Below are positions 1 to 10,213 of a DNA stretch of 38,533 bases, piece by piece (within the stretch, counting starts at the first letter, position 1; each line of letters opens with the position of its first letter). This stretch comes from Circinaria calcarea (lineage: Eukaryota). The position numbers and the translations under genes are program-made. Under the pieces are notes generated by a model. It was not told the origin of the DNA. It searched no databases and worked only from the letters and a program-made list of their open reading frames with translations. The stretch spans positions 1 through 38,533 of the forward strand of contig JAVECS010000030.1 of the NCBI GenBank assembly GCA_051942165.1. Reading direction: 5' to 3'.

Positions 1-314
1 GGGTTTAAAGCTTTAGGGGTGAAGAGGTGTCTGAATCGTTAAAAATGTTTGTGGAACTAGGTACAGTACCCTCGTTGGATTTTGAAAGTACAATGGAATA
101 CATGCTTTGCCCCTTTTTTTTCTCGTAATCATCATCCCAACCTTCTTCCCGAGGTACCGTAGGTAACCCAATGGGCCTTTTAGGTTCGAAATAAGCTGAG
201 GATGCCATAAAGGTTGGATGAACTTTGGTGAACTTTCCAGCCGCATGCAACGAAAAGGCTGTTTATCGAGCAGAGAAAGCCCTCCGGCCCTTTACCTTGC
301 TTGAGGGCCCCCAA

Positions 315-1121
315 TCAAAACAAGAGACCTCCCAAAAGGGCGCCACCCAGCAAACCCCCGGCCAGCGGAAGCCCATAGCCCCCTCCATAACCGTACCCAT
401 ATGGTCGCGAATACGGATACGCAGGCCGGATATACATTGCGTTCCCGCTCGTATGCGTATACGGCCCCTGCACATAAGGATTATACCTGTACGCTCCCGG
501 CGGCATGCCCCCGCCATACATGGGCGGCTCAATGTAGATTTCCTTGCCGTCCTCGCCGCGGCCCACGAGCTGCGGCTGCCCGGTTTCGATGGCGCGCGAC
601 ATGGCCTGTCGCAAGGCCTGGTGGCGGGCGTAGGCGCGTTGTTCCTCTTCGGCGCGCCGGCGCCGCTGGAGTTCGCGCTCCTCGTGCGTCATGCCGGTGA
701 TTTTGTCCTTCATCTTGCGGCCGAAGCGGTGCATGCCTCCGATGGGGGGCTGCTGAGGATGACTGTGATGGCCACCTTCGGTGTCGTCATCGCTGCTCTC
801 CGCTTCGACGTCGGCTTTGCTGGGGACTTTGTGTAAGGAGAGGATGCGCTCTCGCTCCTGGGGGTCGAGGCTGTCGAGGAATTGCTGGTCGTCGTACGGA
901 TGCTGCCAGATCGACCGGGGAGGATTGGCTGTGGTGTCTACGAAGAACTGGTGGGAATTTTTGGGATCATACTGTCGGATCCAGCCCGGGGGCAGTGGTC
1001 GAGCTTCATCTTCCATACTGCGACGGCTGATCGGGGGAATGCCATTGCGGGGCTTGAGATGGTTAGATTGCGTCGAGGAACCTGAGCTCGTGGCCGCTTC
1101 GTAGGTGGGCGGTGCACTCAT
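315..1121 (-). CDS. WW-domain protein with Gly/Tyr/Pro-rich tail (Wwm1-like), 268 aa, no intron in CDS
   Basis: ATG at 1121 (MSAPPTYEAA; the ORF track's 1145 start is TTG). WW signature PLPPGWIRQYDPKNSHQFFVDTTANPPRSIWQHP. C-terminus GYGYGGGYGLPLAGGLLGGALLGGLLF. Confidence 0.85.
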   Translation of the reverse strand: MSAPPTYEAATSSGSSTQSNHLKPRNGIPPISRRSMEDEARPLPPGWIRQYDPKNSHQFFVDTTANPPRSIWQHPYDDQQFLDSLDPQERERILSLHKVPSKADVEAESSDDDTEGGHHSHPQQPPIGGMHRFGRKMKDKITGMTHEERELQRRRRAEEEQRAYARHQALRQAMSRAIETGQPQLVGRGEDGKEIYIEPPMYGGGMPPGAYRYNPYVQGPYTHTSGNAMYIRPAYPYSRPYGYGYGGGYGLPLAGGLLGGALLGGLLF

Positions 1122-1190
1122 TGTTGCGGAAAATTTGATCTGCAATAACTACTGGCGTTACTCTCCGTGTCCAAAAGCTGCTTGAAGTAG

Positions 1191-1380
1191 AGGGGCTTGA
1201 CGTAAGAAGGTCGGAATTGGAAAAGGGCCAAGATCAAGAAGGTATCCTAATTAGAGAAGATGAGTACGAGGAGATATTTTTGTACAGATGGCCAAATTCT
1301 TTTGCAGATAAATTATAGAGAAAGCCAACTTTAGGGGGTCAATAATGTGGCAAAGTGAATATTTAGTATCCTTGACGTCA
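1191..1380. promoter_or_regulatory. Putative CRE/ATF (bZIP) and STRE elements upstream of the WW gene
   Basis: Palindromic TGACGTCA at 1373-1380, TGACGTAA at 1198-1205, AGGGG at 1191-1195 and 1333-1337, all within about 260 bp upstream of the ATG at 1121. Confidence 0.4.
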
Positions 1381-1657
1381 GAACATATCCAGGTGCAGCA
1401 GGTTTAGCGACTCATGCTGAGCTGTCAATCATGTGACTGCCTGAACTCCATCAAGTCATTCGCATTACGAACGTTATTAAAGTTAGGTATATAGATATAT
1501 GTTGGCCAAATTCATCGATCTTTCACAGTCAGAAGAGGCAACTCTCCGTGCCCGCCAAAAGGCATATTTCCACGTATAGGCAGGCAGCTGGCTCCACCAT
1601 TCACAATTTCCCTTCATCTCTCCAAACTTCCAATTTAAACCCCCCAAAAACCCCGTC

Positions 1658-4600
1658 TCAAAAGTTCGCAATCTTTTTAAACCAACTCTCCCCCCTCACC
1701 CCCGCAGCCGGCCTTGAACTGACATACTCGCTTCTCCTTCTCGAATTCCTATCCGGCTCTCTGCTCCCTTCACTACTCCTGATTTCTCTCTCCCGCCTTT
1801 CTCTCCTCCTATTCTTTTCATCCAGCTCATCGACAGCCGTGTCCGGATATTTGGATCTCCGCCTCGAAGACTTTCTCCTCGGCCGGCGGATATCCTCGTC
1901 ATCATCAGCTGCACCAGCGGGGCCGTCCTCACCCAGGATGGGTGGTGGCTCAATGACCGTAGGCTCGATCGGCGGTGGCGGAGGGGGTTCGACAATTTGA
2001 CTGTTTACCCAGCTAGATGTGTGGTCGTTGGCGCCTGTGATAGGATGCAGATACTGTTCCGCATCCCCCCGCGCGCCGTTTCGAGGATCAAAGTAGTCCT
2101 CCACGACTGGTGCGGTTTTGCGGCGACTAGCACTTGGTTTGTTTTCGTTGGGTGTGACGCGGCGTGAGCGTCGTTCATCATGACGGATTCGTCTTTCAGC
2201 TTCTTCGGTGGCAGTACGTGACGGAAGAGGTCGGTCTAGGTGAGAACGCCGACGATCGGATTTATGGGGTCGGGATGACGAATCAGCCTTTGGATAGGCG
2301 TCGTCCGGTTTCCGTTCCCTGTGTCTAGTACGTCGTTCGATGGGTTGATTGTCCGACTCGCGTGTTGCCTGAAACTCATCTACGAACCCCTTGTCTCCGG
2401 CGCCGTTTGGGCCGGGCTGATCGTCTTGACCTTTCGACCCGTTCCCGTCATCTCCTCTCGCTTCCCTTGCTCGTAACTCGCGTATCTTTGCCTTTCTTGC
2501 CTCTGTTGCTGCTCTATCGTTTAATAAATCTCGGGCTTTTCGCTCTTCTTGCTCTCGATTATTTACGGCCCGAGAAGTCCGGTCTCTCGAACTCCGCTTA
2601 GCACGTCGTTCTTCCTTTCGGATCTCAGCCTCCTCGGCTTCTGTCAAACCGCCTCCGTATGGAGCAACACCATTGGTGAAGCCTTCAATCTCGCCTTCCC
2701 GCCTACTTGAATGACGAACCTTGCGCTCATCCCGGCGAATCCGCTTTGCACCGTCTTCCCCCTCTGTTCCGGTCCTCTTTCGACGCGGTGGCTCATCCTC
2801 ATCTCCATAGACACCGTTGGTCTTGGGGCGATCATAAGTTTCCGAAGCCCCACGGGTTTTGCGGAATGAGCCGAACAAGCTGGAGATACCACCAGCCTTT
2901 TTCGGGGTGGTACCTGAACGCTTCAATGGCGGAGGTTCACGTGGCTGCTCAGCAAACGCCAAGTCTTCGGGACCTGTGATAAAATCTGGGCCATCGTTTG
3001 CCTCAACCATGACGATATCGTCTGCTTGTTCAGGTGAATATCTGGGCTGTTTAGGTTTCGAGGTACGATCAGCAATTGAATCCTTTGGCCGAGCCGCTCT
3101 TGTCGATTTCGACCTGCCGGGTAGCGACACACCACCCGGCGGAGGGTAAACGAAAGAAGCGCCTACCTCTCTTTTGGATTTACTCCGTGAGAGTTTGTCC
3201 CTACGTACATCTTTCGTCGAGGCCTTTTGGGGCAAAGGAGCCTTGATGATTGGATCCTCTAATCCGTTTACCATTACCATATCGTCATCATCAATGGGAT
3301 ATGGATCTGGAACACCTACAATACATGATTAGTAATGGTCTATTGGCATCGTTCAAATGGAAAAATGAATGTACCTGAAGCTTTCGGCTTCCCCCTTGTC
3401 GAAGGTTGGCGGCCTAGAAATCTAGCGGCCTTTTCGTTCATACCAGGCTGATCATCTGGTGAAGGAGAGGGCATTCCTGATGCTCCAACATCTACAGACT
3501 GCTGATGTGATAAATTCCTCGGGCCGGTAGCGCTAGGTCTACGTGTCGATTTTGGCCTTGCTGGAGAAGGTCCCCCAAACAACCCGGAGAAGCTTGCACC
3601 TCGGGACCTGGGTGGCCTGGACTCTGCCTTTTTATTCTTGTCAGAGCCAGATGATCTAGAGAGGTCTTCTTTCTCTTTCTCCCTGGGTGTTTTTGTAGAT
3701 TTAGATCTACTCAAACCTGGAGCTGGAGTCTTTTCTTTGGAAGACGGCGAAGTCGCGTCGGCGTCGTCTTTCGATCTACGGTCTTTTTTGGCTTCTTTCT
3801 TGGGTGCAGCGCCCCAGAAACCCCAGGAAGAAACGCCTTCGTCCCTGACGACACGTGCACGTTCCTTCTTGATCGGTTTCGAGACCACTGCAGGTTCCGG
3901 TGGAGGAGTGGGTAGGGCTGGTGGAGCTGGAGCTTCTACTAGGTAATCATCTATCTTTAGGTTAGGTCCCGCTTCAACTTTGGTGGCTTTGACAGGCTTT
4001 TTCTTGATCTTTTTATCAGTTGGATGCAATTCAATAAAATCAATAATGTCGTCGTCCGCGGCTTCGGAAGGGAAGCTGCCGGGAACCGAATCCTTTGATG
4101 CCTTGTGGTCGTCCTTTGGTGGAGGCGACGGTTCTTTCTTTTTGAGGGAATTCAAAGTCGCAGTCTTACCTGCAGATGAGGCCTTTGATTTCAATAATGC
4201 GCTCACCGGCTTGGGAGGGAACTCAGCTTGCGGCAGAGGCTCGGGCGCAGGCGGCGGAGGCGGGGGCGGGGGCGCGGTGAACTTGGATTCCGTCTTCTTC
4301 AACTTCTCCTTCTCCAGCGCTTTGATCTTCTCAGCCACCGAAAGGGTCTTGGATGTTGCGAAGCCGTTGGCTTTTATTGCGGACATTTTCGATGTTGCTG
4401 TTGCTGTTGCTGTTGCTTTGGAGGTTTTCGCAGGTTGCAGTGATTCGTCAGCGGCCGCTGCTTCTGGTTCCTTCGACCCAATTTCGTTAAGCGAGAAGGA
4501 GGCGGCGATCTGATTGGTCGCTTCGGGCGAATCTCGCTGGCCAATTTCCTTTTTGACCTCATCTCCTTTCTTGACACCTGTCTTTTTGGATCCGCCCCAG

Positions 4601-7600
4601 AAAGTCGACGCCCACGATCCTTCCTTTTTACTAATGTTACCGTCATTATTATCAATCTTACCCCAACCATCTTTGCCACCGGGGCCCGTGTCTGGCCACG
4701 CCGTCGGCTCATCCGGCCCGATATCGATAAGCCCATCGACCTTCATCTTATCGTCAGCCTTACCGGCCTTGGCGCTTTCCTTGCCGCCCGCTTTCAGCTT
4801 GCTGCCTCTCTCCTTTTTCGCTGGTGCCTCTTCGACAATCTCCACAATCTCGTCCATGTAGTCCATCGGATTCGCCGTTCCTACCATTTCCCTGGCTTTT
4901 TCTTCTTCCTCTTCCCTCTCGCGTTCCCTCTCCTTTTCCTTCTCCTTCTCCTTCTCTTTGCTATTTTTGTTTTTCGGTGCTGCCATTGACGACATCCCCC
5001 CCCAAAACGATCTGGCAGCCTTCGCGGGCGTCTCTTCTTTTGGCGATTCTTTCTTCGCATCCTCCTCCGTCGCTTCTTCATTGGGCCACTCATCCAGCGT
5101 GGAGAAGATATCCACTGTACTCTTTCCACCCTTCTCACTATCCTTGGCTTCATTCAGCTTTGAGATAGGCGTTGTTCGTGCAGGAGTATCCTTTTTAGAT
5201 TTGCCACCTTTACCCTTAGCAGGTGCATATGCTGCCCAATCGTCCTTGGCGACATCCTCTAGCACCGGCTCAGGTTCTGGCGTGAGGCCTACAGCGGGCG
5301 GGGTAGGAGCTGGGGGAGGCGCCTGAATTGCAAGATCCTTCTTACCAACCTTTTTCTTGTCTTTCTTGGCCCCACCCCACGATCCCCACATGCTCCCTCC
5401 TACCACATCTGCAACCGAGTCCGGCGTCAGATCGTCGACCTTTGGTTCTTCTGTTACCTCCATGACTCCTTTCCTGCCGTCATTCTTCTTCTCGGCTTCT
5501 TTCTCCTTCTCTTCTCTGTCTCTCTTTTCCGTTTCCTCCTTCTCTTCCTGTTCCTTCTTCTTCTCTTTTTCCTCCTTTTCCTTTTTCTCATGATCTTTTT
5601 CTCTCTTCTTCTTCTCCTTGTTGGATAGTCCTGCCCATCCACTTCGCCAATCTTCTTCGACGGGATCAGGCTTTTCTTTTACCTCCGGTTCGGGTACCAC
5701 AACTGCGATAGGCTCGGAAGATATAGTCTGACCCCTATTGCCCTTTTTTACCGTGCCCTTTTTTGAAGTACCCCATATACCGTCGTTTGGACTATCGAAA
5801 AGATTGACAGTGGCCGCGACTGAAACGGGTGCCGCTAAGGGAGGAGATGGCGGCAAGGGTTCTTCTGCCTTCCACCCAGTTGTCGTCCCTTTCTTCGCCT
5901 TGTCTGTCTTCTTATCTTTCTTCTTCGCGAAGCCGCCGCCCATCCAATCGTCGTTGCCGTTCGTCATCGCAGCTTCCGTAGCGATATGTGACACATCCAG
6001 TATGGGCTCATCTGTAGCCATAGATAATGCGCCTTTTGTGTTTTCCTTGTCTTTATTTCCCCAAGACTCCCAGGTGCCTCCTGCTGTAAACTCAATTTCT
6101 GGAACAAGGAATGCGGTGGAAGCTTCCCCCTTGATTACCCCATCTCCTTTCTTACTCTTTTTATTAGTGTTCTTTGGAGAATGTGCACTCCACCCATCTT
6201 CAACCATTGACTCAGGGTTTGGAACTTCAATGGCAGCTGGTTCTTCTAACAGAGCGCCTTCTTCCACTGGTTTCTTGGCCTTCTTCTTGTCCTTCTTTGC
6301 TGAAGCGGTACCCCATGCACTTGTTACAAGAGGTTCAAACTCCGGAACTGTGGCAATGGCAGCATCCTGGGATGGAGTTCCTTCCACCCCCTCCTTCTTA
6401 TCTTTCTTCTTATCTTCTCCCATAGGAAACGCACCCCAGTCTTCGTCATCCATCAAGTCAGGCTCCAAATGATCACTGATAACGGGTTTCTCTGGTATCA
6501 GGCTTTTCCCCTTTTTCTTTTCTTGCTTAGTACCGAAAGTACCCCAACTATTAGTAGTAGCGGGTACTGCCTCTGGCGCAACCGCAGCTGCAGGTTCCCC
6601 CAGTTTTGTAATCTCCTCTGTCTGACTCTGCTTTCCCTTCTTCTTGTTCGTGTTCTTGGCCGTAAACGCTCCCCAGCCCGTGTCCGCCTCTACTCCCGGC
6701 TCCTCAACCTTGGGCTCCTCAAACTTAGGCAGTTCCTCTGAACCACCCTTCCTACCCTTCTTCTTATTCTCCTTCGCTGTCGAAACCCCCCAAGAAGAAT
6801 CCGCTCCAACCTCAGGCTCTACGACAATAGAGACTACGGGCTCCTCGATCTTAGATGCTTCGTCTGCACCAACCTTCTTGGCCTTTCTCTTATCCTTCTT
6901 TCCAAAGGATCCTTCCCAATCCTCTTCTATCGCAGGGGGGGCCGGTGCAGCTGGAGGTGGGCGTGGGACTGGGGGTGCGTCATTTGCCTTATTCTTTTTG
7001 TCCATCTTCTGGCCCCATCCTGCAAATGAATCATCCGCGAAACTTGTATCAACTACAATCGGTACATCGACACTCGTCATATCGATGCCTTTTGAAGGCT
7101 CGCCGACAGCACCCTTTTTCTTGTTCTTCTTGTCTCGCTTGTTAACCGAACTAAAGCCTACATCCCATTGATTTTCTTCTTCTGGGCTTTTGACAGGCTC
7201 GTTAACTTTCGGAAGCTGAGTCTCTTCATGTTTCTCGTCCAAGGTACCGTAATCCCCAAATGCAAACGAGGATGTTGTAGTCTTTTGCTTGTTCTTCTTA
7301 TTACCGCCAAATGACCACGTGTTACTCCCAGAGGTGTCAGCAGTTGTTGGCTTCGTGTCCCTGGAAGTGGTGGTTTCCGTAGCTTCTGGGCTAGTCACGT
7401 TTGCTCCGTCGGTGCCCCATTTATTGGGTGTAGCCCAGTTGCTCGTCCATCCACCAAGCCCAGCGAAACCCAACGATGTGTCCCTGGTAGTAGATGTGTT
7501 AAAGGTAAGATCAAGTTTGGGCGCGGTATCGTCTAAACTTATATCATCAAAGGCAGTTGTAGTATGCGGATTAGTAGCTGGCGGTTCAGGTTCAAACTTC

Positions 7601-8941
7601 GTAGCCCGTTAGTAGGATGAGCAATTACGCCGAAACAATGGCATACCTTTCCCCTTTTTCCCTTTTTAGCCTTCTCTGTAGTGAAGGCACCCCAATCGTC
7701 ATCTCCGTTTGCCTCTCCGCCTCCGGCCCATGCTAATGAATCGCCGGCAGTTTCTACTGTAGCATGCGCCTCGTTCTTCCTCCTCTCCTCCTCTTCCTCT
7801 TCTTCCTTTTTCTTTTTCTCCTCCTTTTCATCTATTACCGTCTTTGCCTTTTTCCCCTTTTTAGCCTTTTTGGTAGTGAAAGCACCCCAATCGTCATCCC
7901 CGTTTGCCTCTCCGCTTCCACCGGCATTTTCTGCTGCAGCATCAGCCTCGGTCTTCCTCCTCTCCTCTTCTTCCTCTTCTTCCTCTTCCTCCTTTTTCTT
8001 TTTTTCCTCCTCTTCATCTATTGCCATTTTACCCTTTTTCCCTTTCTTCTTCTTCTTGCTATTACCGACGTCCCAGTCATCCCCTCCGTCATCACCTGCA
8101 CCACCGTCGCCATTGTTACTGCCCCCTCCCGCGCCTCCTCCGGCATTCCCTCCGGCATTCCCTCCGGCACCCCCGCCAATGTCCTCGCCATCTCCTTCCT
8201 CCTTATTGCCTTCATCACCTGAATTATCCCCTGCCCACTTTGCCTTGTCCGCAGCCTTCTGCGCTTTCTTATTCTTCTTTCCACCATGAGACTGAAAGTT
8301 GCTCGAATTGTCAAAGTCAACCTTAGGTAGCGTCATAGGTTTGAAAATCTCAAGATACTCTGGCGGTCGATCGGGCTGGTGAACCGTATAATTTGGGTGT
8401 CGAATGTGTTGAAGAAGTGGTGTGGCTTGGGCTAAGCTTTCAGAAGTGGAGTAGTCTGGAGGCGCATCAAGAACGGCGTCGTTGTAAGAAGGCGGGGGAG
8501 TTCCATATGGTGACGGAGCTTGCTTTGTGGCTTCGAGTAACTCCAAGCTGGATACCGGTTTTGGTAGAACCTTGGAGTTGAGGGGCAGACACTGCAAAGG
8601 TTAGATCCTCCTCATGCAGGCTAAAAAGGAACGATTGGAGATTGGGATCGCCGAAATCGTCCTGACCAAATGCGCTCGTCGAGCAAGTCGTAGCTGACAA
8701 TGAAAATTGGGAGTCCTACCCAGCTCGAGGTAAGCGTTGGAGCTTCGCAGCAGGCATCCCGCTCCATGCACAGACTACCACACCGCCTCGCCAAAGTTGT
8801 AAACATATAGCTCGCGTTGTTCTCCCCACCATCACTAATCCCTTCATCCCAACCAGTCTTCTGTTGATGGATCTTTTGATCGTGAATCGGGCTGGCTCGG
8901 CGACCTTCGCGCGGTGAACTGACAAGCGCTACTGCCATCAT
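1658..8941 (-). CDS. Very large, mostly disordered hypothetical protein (~2348 aa) with WG/GW-Lys repeats, PPxY motifs, Pro-rich tracts and an Arg/Glu-rich C-terminus
   Basis: Exons 8941-8720, 8591-7647, 7596-3375, 3315-1658. Introns 8719-8592 (GTAGG..CTAAC..CAG), 7646-7597 (GTATG..CTAAC..AAG) and 3374-3316 (GTACA..CTAAT..TAG) join four ORFs in phase, 7047 nt total. Exon 1 is the least certain. Confidence 0.8.
4393..4417 (+). repeat. (GTTGCT)4 coding microsatellite encoding ATATATAT
   Basis: gttgctgttgctgttgctgttgct read directly from the sequence. Confidence 0.8.
7647..8060 (-). repeat. Intragenic tandem duplication, ~195-nt (65-aa) unit, two copies
   Basis: gtgaaggcaccccaatcgtcatctccgtttgcctctccgc (7681) versus gtgaaagcaccccaatcgtcatccccgtttgcctctccgc (7876). 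Both copies encode KKGKK..IDE..KKKKEEEE..RRK.EA...GEANGDDDWGAFTT.KAKKGK. Confidence 0.85.
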
Positions 8942-9179
8942 GAAGGTTCTGATGGCTGACTCGAGATGTCCGGGGTGAGCTCATCGAAACAGTTGAAAGC
9001 CAGTGCGAAAACGAGACGGTGATGCGAGATGCTTATGTTCTAAACCAGTGAAGGCCAAGGGAATTGCAAAGAACCACCCAAAGAGTCGAAGCAACGGCAA
9101 CATCCAGAGCTCCAGATGATGTTGATGGGTGCGATGGGGGATATTATGAACTAAGGACAGGAGGACACTGGTTCCTGAC

Positions 9180-9191
9180 GGGGGGGGGGGG
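9180..9191 (+). repeat. G12 homopolymer upstream of the large gene
   Basis: Run of 12 G read directly from the sequence. Confidence 0.8.
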
Positions 9192-10213
9192 TTTGGTTGG
9201 TGTGGCTTTCCAAGGCAAAGTAAGGAGCGAATGATCACGAGTGCTTCTCTCCTCTCGCCAGACAGACCCATGTCTCTTGTGCGTAGATCTGCCCCAATCG
9301 ATAAGTACGGTCGCCGGCGCCTTCATCACACATAGACATTAACCTTCCTCTTCGATGTCGGTCCTGTGTTTATTGCCACGCCATCATCGCCGGCGAAGAG
9401 GTTTTGGGTTTCCTTGTCAGACGGGTCGTTGCTCGGTAAGGTAGCAATTGACATGCAGGACAGCCATCGAGGGTGAAGAAATTTTTCACCAGGCTCCGCG
9501 CCCATTGGCCTTACTACTTGACCGCAAGTCGCAAGTCGACCTAGTCCTGCTGCAACTAGGTAGCCTCCGCTTTGGTCGATTCCAATGGGACCACTCCCGT
9601 TTGCATCGAGCGCACGCGAAACGGGTTCAACTGGGCTGATTGAGTGCCGGATACTCAATCGCTGCGGCGGGATCCTTGCGCTTGACCCTCTCCAGACCTG
9701 TCATTGGTGAGCGGCGGAATTACAGAAGCTTCTCGGACCAACGAGACTACCCAATGATGATACTGAAACTTCAATTCATGCCTCCGGACTACGCACTACG
9801 CTTTTTTCTTTTCCTGCCTTGGCACTTGCCAGCCACAACGAAGACATTTGAGGCATTGATGCATACATGTGCCTTGCAGAGAACACGTCGTAGAAGAGGA
9901 GTAGCAAATGTATCTATGTTCATTAAGCCAGTTGCATCTAAGTTAACGCCGCAGAATCCTCCAAATGCAACGTAATGGCACCATGTCGGTATCGTTCGTG
10001 ATATTCCTTCTCTCTCTCTCCCAACGACCTGTACTCGCCGTGAGTTGACTTTTATCAGTCATTTTGTCCCCCCCTGAACGCCTTACAAGTGCATGTGCCT
10101 AAATGTAAACGTGCCGGATACACGATATTTACCGAACCCGTAGTCGAAGAACTCCTTTGCACCATCCGTAGATAGCTCCCTTCCGCGCCATGGAAATATT
10201 AGACAAATCAAAT

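Noticed and set aside
1..300. TTTAGGGG and GGGTTTA near the window start as telomere repeats, and small ORFs 5..250 and 13..246
   Set aside because: There is no tandem TTAGGG array. The region is the 3' flank of the WW gene, is homopolymer-rich and may be lower-quality end sequence.
3638..8326. Many long + strand ORFs rich in Phe/Ser/Leu
   Set aside because: They are antisense shadows of the Lys/Glu-rich minus-strand gene and have no independent coding signature.
8981..9975. Chain of 60-110 aa ORFs upstream of the giant gene, one pair with a TGATG stop/start overlap
   Set aside because: No recognisable motifs or consistent splice structure; lengths are compatible with chance at this GC content.
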